Part shown: positions 1 to 10,075 of the stretch, one piece after another
Layout: each line of letters begins with the position of its first letter
How positions within the stretch are numbered: position 1 is the first letter of the stretch
Source of the DNA: Candidatus Heimdallarchaeota archaeon
GTDB lineage: Archaea > Asgardarchaeota > Heimdallarchaeia > Hodarchaeales > Hodarchaeaceae
Reading direction: 5' to 3'
Length of the DNA: 64,000 bases
NCBI GenBank assembly: GCA_020353515.1
Contig: CP070695.1
Location: forward strand, 821,057-885,056
Position numbers and translations under genes: made by a program
Notes under the pieces: generated by a model
The model's input: only the letters and a program-made list of their open reading frames with translations
Told to the model about the DNA's origin: nothing
Databases searched by the model: none

Positions 1-3000
1 ATAGGATGAGAGAGGAGGTTTGTATCATCATAACTTATACGAAAATCATAACCCGCCATTACACTGTCATCAGAATCGTTCAATTTGTTATTTGCAAAAT
101 CAAATACGAATCGAGCAGCCAAGATGTCCATTTGTGTCCCAAATTGTTCCCAATCTGAAATCAATAATAAACTACCCCCATTCTCTACCCAAAATTCAAT
201 TGCATCGAGTTCTGCTGTGGTATAAGCATTCTGAGAAGCTACAATAACCAGTACATTTGCACCATCCAACACTGAAGAGTCAATGACTGTACCAGGATTG
301 ATTGTTTCCACAAAATGTCCCATATCCAGTAGCATGTCGGCAAACTCAGAATATCCACCTATCGCACCGAAAGCAGGATTGGATCCGATACTATAGCTGG
401 GATTGTGAGCCTCATCAAAAAGAATGACTTGACTTTCAGATTTAACCTTTATAGATGCTATATCGAAGTTATTTGAAATCCATGTTTCGTTTATAACAGG
501 AACAGAATAAACGGTTATATTGTAAGTTCCCTCTACAGTTGGCATCCAAGGGAGACTGAGTGTCTCAGATGCTCCTGCAGGAATGATAGAATACTCCGTA
601 TTAGTTTCCAAAAAATTATTGATCCAAACTTGAAGTTCCACATTTCTTTCATCATTTGAACCTAAATTTTTGACTGTAACATTGAATACTGTCTTTTCAT
701 TAGGGGAAAGCAATATTGGTGCCTCTAAATGTACGGAAATATCATGAACTGAAGATTGGCGACTTGGCCAAGACAGGATATTATCAAAAATTTTCTTATT
801 GTCCTCCTTGTTAATTGCCAAATCAAAATCATCAGCTAACACTAGCATATGACCAAAACCATCATCAACAGCAGCTCCGTAAATACGAGACCCCGTTTCG
901 TCCCAAATGATTGGGTGTACTGAACCATTAACTTCCAAAGAATATAACACACTTTCCAAATAAATCGATGTAATCCCTTCCATTAAATGATGAAAAGAAT
1001 CGAAGACAGTGGTCGAACCGCTATCAGTAGCTACTGATTTTATAAAAGAGATCCCATAAGCAGCAGCAACTTGACCGGCACCTGACATATGGAATCTGTC
1101 ACCAATTGCGATTAACACGCCACCATTTTGAATATAGTCTTGAGCTGCAGTGATTTCACTTTCAGACCAAGTTGCTCCACCCTCTCCAACAAATATAAAT
1201 GGATAATTTTCTAGCAAGGGTGTGGTTATGGGTGAATTGATTACATCAATAAAATAACCTAAATTCTCGTAATAATTTCTTACCTTTGAGAGAGAAGACT
1301 CTCCATATGTAGAAATAAACCCGATAATATTATTCAACACAATTAATTGCTTAGAAACATGATTATCAAAGATTAGAGTTTCATTTATGACTGGTCGCAC
1401 AAATGCAGTTAGGTTATAATAACTTTCATCTATTGCAGTCCAATTATAAGAGAAAGAAGCGTAGGTTTTACTACTAATCTTTGGAAAGACAATACTCTTG
1501 ACAAGAGAACCATTGATCCAGAACTTTGCATATACATTTGTCTCGTTTTCTTGACCAGCATTATAAACTGATATGTTGAAAGAAGCAGATGATCCTGGTT
1601 TTAATACTGAAGGCGAATCTAAATAGATTTTAAGATTATGCTTAAATGGAGGTTGTACAGCTTTGTAAGCGTTTAAGCGTCCATAGCCATAATACTGATC
1701 CCACCCAAGTTCTCCTAGATCATCACCTTTATCTCTTAGATGCTCTCTGATCTGTTCTGCAGACCAACTTGGAAATTCAGAAAGAATTAATGCTGCCACT
1801 CCAGAAACATGAGGGCAGGCCATTGAAGTTCCACTTTTACTATCGTAGCTTCCCATAGTCACTGGGATTGTAGAATAAATATCCACTCCTGGAGCAGAAA
1901 TCTCTAATGTTGATCCATAATTACTAAAAAATGCTAAATCATCACTTTTATCAGTTGCACTTACTGAAATAGCTTCTGGATAAGCAGCAGGGTAAGATAG
2001 AGTTGAAGATCCAGCATTTCCAGCTGCTGCAATGATTACCACATCATTGGCTGTTGCATAGGTCAAAGCGTCTTTCAAAATCGTTGAAGGACTACTTCCT
2101 CCCCAACTATTTGAAAGGATATCGGCACCTTGATCAACGGCATGGATAATGGCATCTGCTGCATCATAATCGCTACCAGTACCGCTATCATCAAGAAATT
2201 TTTCAGCCATTATCTGTACGTTGGCAACTCCTGCAATACCCATAGCATTATTAATTGATGCAGCTATAATACCTGCACAATGTGTTCCATGAGAATGATC
2301 ATCCATTGGATCGCTATCATTATTTACCCAATCATACCCAAGAGGTACATATTGGGCGCTTAAATCTGGATGAGTATAGTCAATTCCAGTATCAATTACA
2401 GCAACTAAAACTATTGAAGGATCTCCCATCTGAATATCCCATGCCAAATCCGCTTGAATTTTTTGGGGGGCCCACTGAGTGGACCAGTTTGGATCATCTG
2501 GAACTAGTTCGATTGAATAAATTTGATTTGGTTCTATATAACGAACTTCCTCTAATGAAAGCCATTGATCAAAAAGTTGCTCTAATGAAGTGATAGGAAC
2601 ACTTACGACTAATGCATTTAACTTTTCAATAGTTTTTTCTATTTTTGAGGAAAATTGAATATTTTCATAAGCATTTTCATTAATACTAACAGTAGGATTA
2701 AAACCAATCACCAATTCTATTTTTCCATCGTCCACTTTAATCTTTGAATCAGCAGAGGTGTTAGTTTTTATAGTCTCTTTACGTAATGTATGCAATCCTG
2801 AGCTTTCACTTATTTCACCCCAAGTTGTGAAATGAGTTCCTTCTTTTGGAGAAATACTACCTTTATTGTCATCATTTTGATAAGAGATCTTTTCACTTAT
2901 AAGACTGGAATCAGGAAGCAATCTTGGAGAAGTAGTGTCAGTTGAAATTAAATCATGTTGAAAATCCAGCGAAGATACCAATGGAATTAGTATCATAAAT

Positions 3001-3062
3001 AATCCTAATAATAGGACACTCCTGATCAGTCTGATATGTAGTTTTTTCAAATTATTAACCAT
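1..3062 (-). CDS. Secreted subtilisin-like S8 serine protease with C-terminal alternating CARDB/Ig-like and DUF4350/GATase-like domains (3' end outside window)
   Basis: Not in the ORF track because there is no stop in the window; translated by hand in segments. ATG at 3062 gives a signal-like N-terminus (MVNNLKKLHIRLIRSVLLLGLFMILIPLVSS). Catalytic motifs: VAVIDTGIDYTHPDL (Asp), DDHSHGTHCAG (His), SGTSMACPHVSG (Ser, ~1800-1835, same frame as the ATG). Downstream are Ig-like segments and VILFDEAHNP...GGSLLLISDW. Confidence 0.9.
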   Translation of the reverse strand, partial: MVNNLKKLHIRLIRSVLLLGLFMILIPLVSSLDFQHDLISTDTTSPRLLPDSSLISEKISYQNDDNKGSISPKEGTHFTTWGEISESSGLHTLRKETIKTNTSADSKIKVDDGKIELVIGFNPTVSINENAYENIQFSSKIEKTIEKLNALVVSVPITSLEQLFDQWLSLEEVRYIEPNQIYSIELVPDDPNWSTQWAPQKIQADLAWDIQMGDPSIVLVAVIDTGIDYTHPDLSAQYVPLGYDWVNNDSDPMDDHSHGTHCAGIIAASINNAMGIAGVANVQIMAEKFLDDSGTGSDYDAADAIIHAVDQGADILSNSWGGSSPSTILKDALTYATANDVVIIAAAGNAGSSTLSYPAAYPEAISVSATDKSDDLAFFSNYGSTLEISAPGVDIYSTIPVTMGSYDSKSGTSMACPHVSGVAALILSEFPSWSAEQIREHLRDKGDDLGELGWDQYYGYGRLNAYKAVQPPFKHNLKIYLDSPSVLKPGSSASFNISVYNAGQENETNVYAKFWINGSLVKSIVFPKISSKTYASFSYNWTAIDESYYNLTAFVRPVINETLIFDNHVSKQLIVLNNIIGFISTYGESSLSKVRNYYENLGYFIDVINSPITTPLLENYPFIFVGEGGATWSESEITAAQDYIQNGGVLIAIGDRFHMSGAGQVAAAYGISFIKSVATDSGSTTVFDSFHHLMEGITSIYLESVLYSLEVNGSVHPIIWDETGSRIYGAAVDDGFGHMLVLADDFDLAINKEDNKKIFDNILSWPSRQSSVHDISVHLEAPILLSPNEKTVFNVTVKNLGSNDERNVELQVWINNFLETNTEYSIIPAGASETLSLPWMPTVEGTYNITVYSVPVINETWISNNFDIASIKVKSESQVILFDEAHNPSYSIGSNPAFGAIGGYSEFADMLLDMGHFVETINPGTVIDSSVLDGANVLVIVASQNAYTTAELDAIEFWVENGGSLLLISDWEQFGTQMDILAARFVFDFANNKLNDSDDSVMAGYDFRISYDDTNLLSHP

Positions 3063-3218
3063 CACTACTTCTATTGAATTTTCTTATTCAGAAATTATAT
3101 TTTTACCTCTATTGACACTGTATCGATTTATATTAACAAAAGACCATTTAAAAAGCTTTCTGAATAATCTATCAGCAAAATAAGGAGGTACCCGAGGACT
3201 AGAAGGATTTTAGTCCCA

Positions 3219-3400
3219 CATTCTTGGGATTACTTTCATAATTTCACCGACAAAACCATAGAATCAGGGAGAAATAGAGTGGAGAGAAATTAACCTGTTA
3301 AAAAATGATACAAATCAAATGGAGAAGATTTTGAGAGGTTTTGCCGATTTATTCGAGAAGAAGAAATTCAATCCGACAGAAAAGATCGTTTAAGTTAAAA
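3219..3400. repeat. Copy A of a diverged non-coding repeat (~165-180 bp)
   Basis: Colinear with 5525-5690 (cattcttgggatt...accgacaaaac...aaatta(a/g)cctgtt...ttttgccga...tccgaca) and, in its second half, with 4387-4500. Confidence 0.8.
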
Positions 3401-3449
3401 GTCTATTGATTAGGTTTAAATTGGTTATTACCGTACATCTACTACTTAT

Positions 3450-3608
3450 TCACATATGTACGACATATCCTTTATTGGTTTCAGTAAGACTTACCTTAAT
3501 AGGTTTATTAAGAAACCTGACCTTTTTGTCTCCTTTTTCTTCAACTCTCATCTGACGCGTCACGATATCACAAATAATCAGCACTCCCACTTGCAAATTT
3601 GATTTCAT
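3450..3608 (-). CDS. Possible small protein, 52 aa (MKSNLQVGVLIICDIVTRQMRVEEKGDKKVRFLNKPIKVSLTETNKGYVVHM)
   Basis: Open ATG-to-TGA frame in a long intergenic gap; no recognisable family. Confidence 0.25.
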   Translation of the reverse strand: MKSNLQVGVLIICDIVTRQMRVEEKGDKKVRFLNKPIKVSLTETNKGYVVHM

Positions 3609-3845
3609 CAGGCATTGATATGATAAATCTCTGTTTTGTGAGAGGAAAAAGTAAGAGATTGTTTTTTCCTCTTAGACCAGCTGTATAATCCCAAAAAAGG
3701 TTTTATCAAGGTGGAAGGTTGAGTATTGATTTATGGAAGAACCATGTTTGAATCCAAATGATGATTTGTTGATAATTTTGAGCTTTTATTTAGAAATAAA
3801 TATAAACAAGAAGTAATATTTTTCACATTAAGGAAAAATACCCCC

Positions 3846-3998
3846 TCAGAATGCTTCTTCCAACAATTCCAATAAATTCTGTTTATATAAGGTTCGGTTC
3901 AATCTAGCAGGGTGTTCCTGTGGAGAATAAGCGGCCATAATCGGGAATTCAGTATGTTTAGGGTTGAGGGGTATGTTATGGTCGCTACCCCTCTTCAT
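3846..3998 (-). CDS. Possible small protein, 50 aa (MKRGSDHNIPLNPKHTEFPIMAAYSPQEHPARLNRTLYKQNLLELLEEAF)
   Basis: Open ATG-to-TGA frame; its 5' end overlaps an 8-bp GC-rich stem-loop (3966-3993). Confidence 0.25.
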   Translation of the reverse strand: MKRGSDHNIPLNPKHTEFPIMAAYSPQEHPARLNRTLYKQNLLELLEEAF

Positions 3999-4386
3999 TA
4001 AGTTCAACTACAAGACCTTTCTACTTGATTTTCAGAAAAAGGATTAGTTTTGAGATCTCTCTCCTTTTTTGAGAAACACTAGTCTGTTTATATATTATCT
4101 TGCAACATGCAGTTATTTAAAGGTTATGTCGAATTTTTTTACTTCGATCTCAGATTGATCCTGAAAAAACTGAATGAATTAAATATTCATTTATAATATA
4201 TTTTAGAAATGTTCATACAACTGAAATACGAAACCAACAAGATATTCACCAGATTGGAATCGTGGGAATAGAATTTACAATTATTTCAGAGCGAGTTGAA
4301 ATTAGTAGACTTTTTTCCCCCTATTAAATTAACTTGAGAACTCACTTTACTGTCTATTAGCAAATAATAGAAGTATTTGGTGATTA

Positions 4387-4500
4387 AGAGAAATTAGCCT
4401 ATTAAAGAATGATACAGGGCAAATGGAGTAAATATTGAGAAATTTTGATATAAAAAGAAAGAAATCAATCCGACATAAAAGATTGTTTGAATTAAACAGT
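4387..4500. repeat. Copy B (partial) of the non-coding repeat
   Basis: agagaaattagcctattaaagaatgataca...caaatggag...caatccgacataaaagat matches the second half of copy A. Confidence 0.75.
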
Positions 4501-4527
4501 TAAAAATTATCGTGAATTCTTGAAAAC

Positions 4528-5187
4528 TCATTTTATTGCTTCAAAAATGGTAGTTGGACGTCCTACAGGACTTTTCCTCTCCGAATATTGAGCTACCAAT
4601 CCTTTTAAAATCAATCGTTCCAAGCTATCATAAATCGTGCTACGGGGAACACCAGTGAATTGGACTAGTTCAGGGCGGGAGAGAGGACCATAAGCTTTCA
4701 GAATCTCAAACAGAACGCGATCTAAGTCATGTAATTGTGCTGATCGCGCTTTAGCTAATATAGAATGCGGTTTTTTCGACACTGAATGCATTAGAAATTT
4801 TAGGAGAAGAGAGTCGTGTCTAATGTCTAAAGAGGCCAAATTTTCCAGAGACTCTTTCTGAAGCAATGTAATAATTTCAGACATGGGTGTTGTTTCAGGG
4901 AGTCCAAGAAGTTCACGGATGGTAATGATTTCAATATAAAGTTGATTTAATTGGGGGAAATTCGTAGATGTGAGGTTTAATGCTTTACGAATCTCCTCTA
5001 ATTTTTGAAAGAAGTAGTAATGTTGCTTAATTGGGTACAATGATGAAAGTTCTAATTCTTCTTGCATTTTCTTTAGAGAATTCCATGTTGTAATTACTAA
5101 ATCATCCGAAATATTGTCTTTTAAGCTTAACAGTCTCTGTAAATCTTTTATTTCTTCTTGTTCGTGCAATCTGCCATTATAGCTCAT
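4528..5187 (-). CDS. Transcriptional regulator with C-terminal TrmB-like winged helix
   Basis: GPLSRPELVQFTGVPRSTIYDSLERLILKGLV...GRPTTIFEA is a TrmB-type wHTH; the N-terminus is helical. Confidence 0.8.
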   Translation of the reverse strand: MSYNGRLHEQEEIKDLQRLLSLKDNISDDLVITTWNSLKKMQEELELSSLYPIKQHYYFFQKLEEIRKALNLTSTNFPQLNQLYIEIITIRELLGLPETTPMSEIITLLQKESLENLASLDIRHDSLLLKFLMHSVSKKPHSILAKARSAQLHDLDRVLFEILKAYGPLSRPELVQFTGVPRSTIYDSLERLILKGLVAQYSERKSPVGRPTTIFEAIK

Positions 5188-5524
5188 GATTTCCCATCTG
5201 CTGAAAATTTAAACTCGAACTTAGTATATACACGAATAGAAAATTATATTGAAGGATTTTCATCTTTTAAAGGAATAGTTCTTTGATATATTTTATATAA
5301 TATGAAAGAATCAAAATATATAAGATATCCTAGATAAATCTTGAACCAGAAAGTTCCACTACCTTTTTTAGATTCAGTTATATCAAATATTATACAACAT
5401 TGATATTTTGGTTTGTATCTCAATATTATCGATTATAATTAATAAAAAATTATATAATAGGCTTTCTGGATAATTCTTCAGTATATAGATAGAATACTCG
5501 TATATTAAACAGATTATAGTTCTT

Positions 5525-5690
5525 CATTCTTGGGATTGCTTTCACTATATTACCGACAAAACTAAATAATTATGAAGAAAAAGGATGAAGAAAAATTAGC
5601 CTGTTTTAAACTAGTTCAAACCGAATGGAAAAGGATATGAGAGATTTTGCCGAATCATTCAAGAATTAAAAATATATTCCGACAAAATTA
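5525..5690. repeat. Copy C of the non-coding repeat
   Basis: Colinear with copy A over ~165 bp. Confidence 0.8.
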
Positions 5691-5758
5691 TTATACTGAA
5701 CATTCCAAAGAACAAGTTTGACCTAGTTTGTTACCATTTCTTTCATACTTCAACTAAA

Positions 5759-7045
5759 TCAGATTTCCTTTAGAGTAACTCCTATCCTTTTAAGTACTTC
5801 ATCTACATCCATAGCTTTAATAATAAGGGGAGGTAAAAACTTGTTGGTAACTTTGTGATTACCACAGTAATCACACCAAACGCCATTCTTGATCATCGTC
5901 AGAGTGAAAAGTAATGAGGTGAACTCATCCTCAAATTCTATGCCCCACATTAATCCACGTCCTCGAACATCCACGATTTTCTCGGAAAACTTCTCTTGAA
6001 GTTCTATAAGCCCTTCACCGAATTGTGTTCCCCTTTTTTGCACATGTTCCAGAAATTTGGGTTGAGATACAATGTCTAACATTTTTCTTGTAACATAGCA
6101 ACCTAGCTCGGAGCCTCCTGTTGTAGAAATATGTAAGAAGGGATCATCTTCGAAGATGTCATCGAATTGAGGCTTATAACTAGTAGTTGAAAGTGGATAA
6201 ACTCCTGCACTCATTCCTTTTGCAAGTACAATTATATCTGGTATGATTTTTTCGCTTGGGTATACACCACCAAAAATTCCCCACATCCAACCTGTTCGCC
6301 CTAATCCAGTTTGAACCTCATCAACAATCATCACGACCCCCAAATCATCGCATATTTCCCTAAGTTCTTTAAAATATCCTTCAGGAGGGATGAGAATGCC
6401 ACCGGTAGCAGGGATCGTTTCAAACAACACACAAGCTGTTTCTTCATCGATCGTTTTTCTGAGGCTTTCGATGTCTGCAAAAGGAACCTGTTGAAAATCT
6501 GGTAAATTCCAGAGAAACGGATCTTTGAAATTAGAAGCACATGCACCGAGAGCAAAGCCAGTAACTCCATGATAAGCTCTGTTGGCTGATATAATTTTCT
6601 TCCTCTTGGTGAAAGCTCGAGAAAGCTTAATAGCCAAATCAATTGCTTCCCCACCTCCAACTGAAAACATCGTTTTGCAGATATCCCCTGGAAGTAAATC
6701 AGCCATCTGCTTGGCAAGTAGTGCTCGTTGTTCACTCAGGAGATGATGATCTCCTATGTCAAGGCCTGCTTCCAAGCCTTCAATTAACGCCTTGTTGATT
6801 TCTGTGTGATGATGTCCTAAATTAAATACTCCACCGCTAGTGTGACAATCGATTAATTCTAGAGGAGGTTCTCCTTCTGTAGAACCCTCCAACATCTTTA
6901 TTATTAATTCTTTTCTCTTTCCTTGTACCACTCCTAATCCAAGACTATCAAAAAAACCTGCTTTATACTTTGATACATAATTAGCATACATCTGCACTAG
7001 ATCTTTTTGACCAATAGTACCAATAATTTTTTTTCTAGAAGACAC
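5759..7045 (-). CDS. Class III PLP-dependent aminotransferase (putrescine/acetylornithine type)
   Basis: GGGEAIDLAIKL, AYHGVT, IVDEVQTGLGRTG, PDIIVLAKGMSAG (PLP Lys), DVRGRGLMWGIE. Confidence 0.92.
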   Translation of the reverse strand: MSSRKKIIGTIGQKDLVQMYANYVSKYKAGFFDSLGLGVVQGKRKELIIKMLEGSTEGEPPLELIDCHTSGGVFNLGHHHTEINKALIEGLEAGLDIGDHHLLSEQRALLAKQMADLLPGDICKTMFSVGGGEAIDLAIKLSRAFTKRKKIISANRAYHGVTGFALGACASNFKDPFLWNLPDFQQVPFADIESLRKTIDEETACVLFETIPATGGILIPPEGYFKELREICDDLGVVMIVDEVQTGLGRTGWMWGIFGGVYPSEKIIPDIIVLAKGMSAGVYPLSTTSYKPQFDDIFEDDPFLHISTTGGSELGCYVTRKMLDIVSQPKFLEHVQKRGTQFGEGLIELQEKFSEKIVDVRGRGLMWGIEFEDEFTSLLFTLTMIKNGVWCDYCGNHKVTNKFLPPLIIKAMDVDEVLKRIGVTLKEI

Positions 7046-7127
7046 AATTAAAACCTACAGTGATTTAATGAAATTCTTCTTAAAATAGAGTTTATAGCTT
7101 TTTCATCAAAAATAAGGAGGAATGTTG

Positions 7128-7601
7128 CTAATCTCGCCATAGAAAAAACATGGAGAGAGTAGACAACACACCCCCAATTACACCTCCCCAGAAAGCTCCT
7201 CCGTACCAGAATTCTAGATCTTCAATAATCATTTCTATAGCTACAATGAATCCACCTAAGAGGCAAATAACCACTGTTACCAGAGATAAAATGATTCCGA
7301 TAAAGTAAACTTGTTTTCCTGGAGGATTTTCTTGGTTAATAAGCCCTAGTAAAGAAATAACAGAGCAATAAAACAATCCTCCTGAGGCGAGAAGAAATAG
7401 AGGTAAGATTAAAATGGAATCGGGGAAGTTTTCTAATGCTGATGGAAATCCAATCCATCCCCAGCCATATCCTGTTCCCCAAACATACCAGTACCAGCCA
7501 GCAAAATCGTCGATTAGTATAAAAACTCCTCCTAATAGACTACAAATCAACCCCCCACCATATAGAACTATCTTATTTTCTAACAACTTAATGAGGCTCA
7601 T
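7128..7601 (-). CDS. Hypothetical membrane protein (~4 TM)
   Basis: Four hydrophobic Gly-rich segments; Trp/Gly-rich loop. Confidence 0.7.
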   Translation of the reverse strand: MSLIKLLENKIVLYGGGLICSLLGGVFILIDDFAGWYWYVWGTGYGWGWIGFPSALENFPDSILILPLFLLASGGLFYCSVISLLGLINQENPPGKQVYFIGIILSLVTVVICLLGGFIVAIEMIIEDLEFWYGGAFWGGVIGGVLSTLSMFFLWRD

Positions 7602-7740
7602 ACTACTTTTGGTAGTATGTTATTCTTTAAAATTTTTCTAATCTTTCATTGTCAAGAACATTAAAACAGAAGATCTATTCTCGTGATTCTAATTTCTTGG
7701 AGTAGAAAACCTTTTTACAGATCAAAATTATGATAAAATT

Positions 7741-8037
7741 ATGCCCAAGTACATACTTGCTACAAAATTTGATTTTGATGAAGAGGATTTAGCGAAACGG
7801 AAGGAACAGGGAAAGAAATGGCTTGAAATGGTAAAGGAAAAAGTTCCAAGTATTAAATGGATCTCGCATTATGCCATTTTAGGTCCTTATGATTTCTTAG
7901 ATATTTTTGAAGCAAAAAATGAAACTGAAGCTGCGAAAGTATCTTTACTTTCTCGTGCTGCCGGAGCAACGTTTGCAGAAAGCTGGACCGCTATTCCCTA
8001 TGCGGACTTCCTCAATTTACTTGAAGATTTGAAATAA
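7741..8037 (+). CDS. GYD-domain protein
   Basis: HYAILGPYDFLDIFEAKNETEAAKVSL...ESWTAIP pattern; 98 aa. Confidence 0.85.
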   Translation: MPKYILATKFDFDEEDLAKRKEQGKKWLEMVKEKVPSIKWISHYAILGPYDFLDIFEAKNETEAAKVSLLSRAAGATFAESWTAIPYADFLNLLEDLK

Positions 8038-8075
8038 ATCAAATCTTTTTTGGTTAAATCTGTTCATTAAAAAGA

Positions 8076-8993
8076 TTATTTAGGTGTGTAAAGTAGTCCA
8101 AAAATTATTCCTCCTGTTATACTAGTGAGAATGACTACTTTCCAGAGAAGAAGAGCTGCATCACGATTTTTTCTCTTTACTAAGTTACCCGCTAATACTA
8201 GTTCTATAACTCCCAATAGAAAAGGAATGAAATTTGGAATAAGGATACCCTCATTCATTAATATCAGATTAACTATAGCAAGCCCAACCACTCTAACACA
8301 TATAATGGTAGAGGTGAAGTAAGAAGCTTTCTCCCACCCTAAAAGGACAGCTGTAGTCATCTCCCCATTTTTTTGGTCTACTTCTAAATCTGTTAAAATG
8401 GTAGGTAAATGTATTCCAAAAACAAGTAGGACACAAAGAATTATGCCATAGAATAATAATTTAGTATTGACTATGGTGTCAAATCCCAATAATCCTATAT
8501 AGAATGGAATAAAAACGCCAATTATTAAGGTTGTGACAATCAAATCAATAAATGGCTTTGCTTTGAATCTTAAAGGAGGTACTGAATAAATAAAAGAGCC
8601 TACTACGGCTAAAAAATATGCTCCAAAGGCCAGTGGGAGTTTAGGAAAGGTTAAAGCTTCAGGGATGAAAAATATATTAAGAGGAATAACTGAGAGCCAC
8701 AATATGCCTACCCATAGATAGATCATTCTGGGTGAAAGAAGATTAGAGGACACAAGAGGATTACGGAGTGAGAAACGGCGGGGATTTAATGAATCAGAAT
8801 CTTTGTCAAAAAAACCATTAAGACTGAAATGACCGCATGCAAAGGCATATATGGATAACCAAGCAACTGAAAGTGAAATCAAGGGTAGGAGATAGAAAAG
8901 GCTTAACATATAAGCGACTCCCGCAAAAATAAACCCCCATTCGGGGCGAGAAAGGATGAAAAGCTCTCGAATGATCTGTAAATGTTCTTTCAA
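8076..8993 (-). CDS. UbiA-superfamily prenyltransferase (LyeJ/CrtEb-like motifs)
   Basis: SRP start; Asp-rich motifs NGFFDKDSDSLNPRR and DLEVDQKNGEMTTAVLLG; YSVPPLRFKAKPFID; multiple TM helices. Confidence 0.85.
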   Translation of the reverse strand: MKEHLQIIRELFILSRPEWGFIFAGVAYMLSLFYLLPLISLSVAWLSIYAFACGHFSLNGFFDKDSDSLNPRRFSLRNPLVSSNLLSPRMIYLWVGILWLSVIPLNIFFIPEALTFPKLPLAFGAYFLAVVGSFIYSVPPLRFKAKPFIDLIVTTLIIGVFIPFYIGLLGFDTIVNTKLLFYGIILCVLLVFGIHLPTILTDLEVDQKNGEMTTAVLLGWEKASYFTSTIICVRVVGLAIVNLILMNEGILIPNFIPFLLGVIELVLAGNLVKRKNRDAALLLWKVVILTSITGGIIFGLLYTPK

Positions 8994-9015
8994 AGACTAA
9001 CACATCACAGAGCAG

Positions 9016-9483
9016 TTAGAATTGTTTCATCATCTGATAACCAGTATCTGTGGTTTGAACCACCTCATAACCTACTGATTCATAAAGATACTTAGCAATT
9101 TTATTCTGTTTGAAAACATGGAGAGCTATTTTATTCAAACCAGATAATTTAACCTCTTTTTCTAATAATAATAGAGCCTGTTTTGCAAATCCTTTTCGCC
9201 TAAATTCTTCAAAAATGACAAGATCAGCGATGAGAAAAGCATCTTTCATAAATGATTCGGGAGAAGGCCAAAACCAGATATACCCGACTCTCTCACTAAA
9301 ATTTGTAGTTATAAAAGAAAAGAATCGATTAGGAGTTTTGAATCCTTGAGGAAGAGACCTACCATAAGCCAGTTCAGCTTGTTTCAATCCGTCCTCGAAA
9401 TTAAATTTAAAAAGTTCAGAAAGTTCCTTAGCGACGACTTTTACTCGTTGAGAATATATTTTCTGGAAATCATCCTCATTCAT
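9016..9483 (-). CDS. GNAT-family N-acetyltransferase
   Basis: FRRKGFAKQAL acetyl-CoA motif; LHVFKQNKIAKYLYESVGY. Confidence 0.88.
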   Translation of the reverse strand: MNEDDFQKIYSQRVKVVAKELSELFKFNFEDGLKQAELAYGRSLPQGFKTPNRFFSFITTNFSERVGYIWFWPSPESFMKDAFLIADLVIFEEFRRKGFAKQALLLLEKEVKLSGLNKIALHVFKQNKIAKYLYESVGYEVVQTTDTGYQMMKQF

Positions 9484-9545
9484 TTTTTCAAAATGGATTA
9501 TATTAACCAGCCCGTTCAGTCTTTCCTGTTAATCACAGGTTAATG

Positions 9546-9893
9546 TTAGTTACGTAACTTATCTAATGTACTTTTAGCTTGAGGAGATTTAATTTGGGTC
9601 CATAGCTTTTCAAGCTTTTCAGCACAGGGATAATCACGGCAATCTGCACATGTATTTATACTTCTCTCCATCGCACAATTTCGCACAAAACATGTCGAGC
9701 AAAATTCAATAAGTTCACCATCCGAGTGACAACCGTCACAATTAATTTGGTCAGGTTCTACATTAAAACCATGGCTTGACCAACTTTTTGCTGTCTTTAT
9801 GCGAAGCTCGTGATCATCTTTTCGTTTTGCGATGTATGCAGGACAATTAACGCAATCCAAACCACAAAATGCAATAGGTTGTTCCATTTTCAA
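9546..9893 (-). CDS. DUF3795-like Cys-rich (Fe-S/Zn) protein
   Basis: AFCGLDCVNCPAY...CDGC...CSTCFVRNCA...TCADCRDYPC. Confidence 0.8.
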   Translation of the reverse strand: MKMEQPIAFCGLDCVNCPAYIAKRKDDHELRIKTAKSWSSHGFNVEPDQINCDGCHSDGELIEFCSTCFVRNCAMERSINTCADCRDYPCAEKLEKLWTQIKSPQAKSTLDKLRN

Positions 9894-10075
9894 TCCTCTA
9901 AACTCATTATAATTTTGATACTAAAATATCAATGGAATGTATAACCCCTTTCGATTTTTCGTGTTTAATAGTTTGTGATTAAGGCAAGAATTATGAGGTG
10001 ATCTGCTTTAAATTCAATATCCTCTACTATTAATACAAAAATACTTTAATATTGAGAGAAGAACAAGATAGAAGA

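Noticed and set aside
20-2593. Plus-strand ORFs 20..247 and 2282..2593
   Set aside because: Antisense shadows of the S8 protease gene.
4100-5520. Very AT-rich stretches as a possible replication origin
   Set aside because: No convincing ORB repeats and no cdc6/orc1 gene in the window.
3219-5690. Repeats as a CRISPR array
   Set aside because: The units are long, diverged and irregularly spaced; there is no repeat-spacer periodicity and no cas genes.
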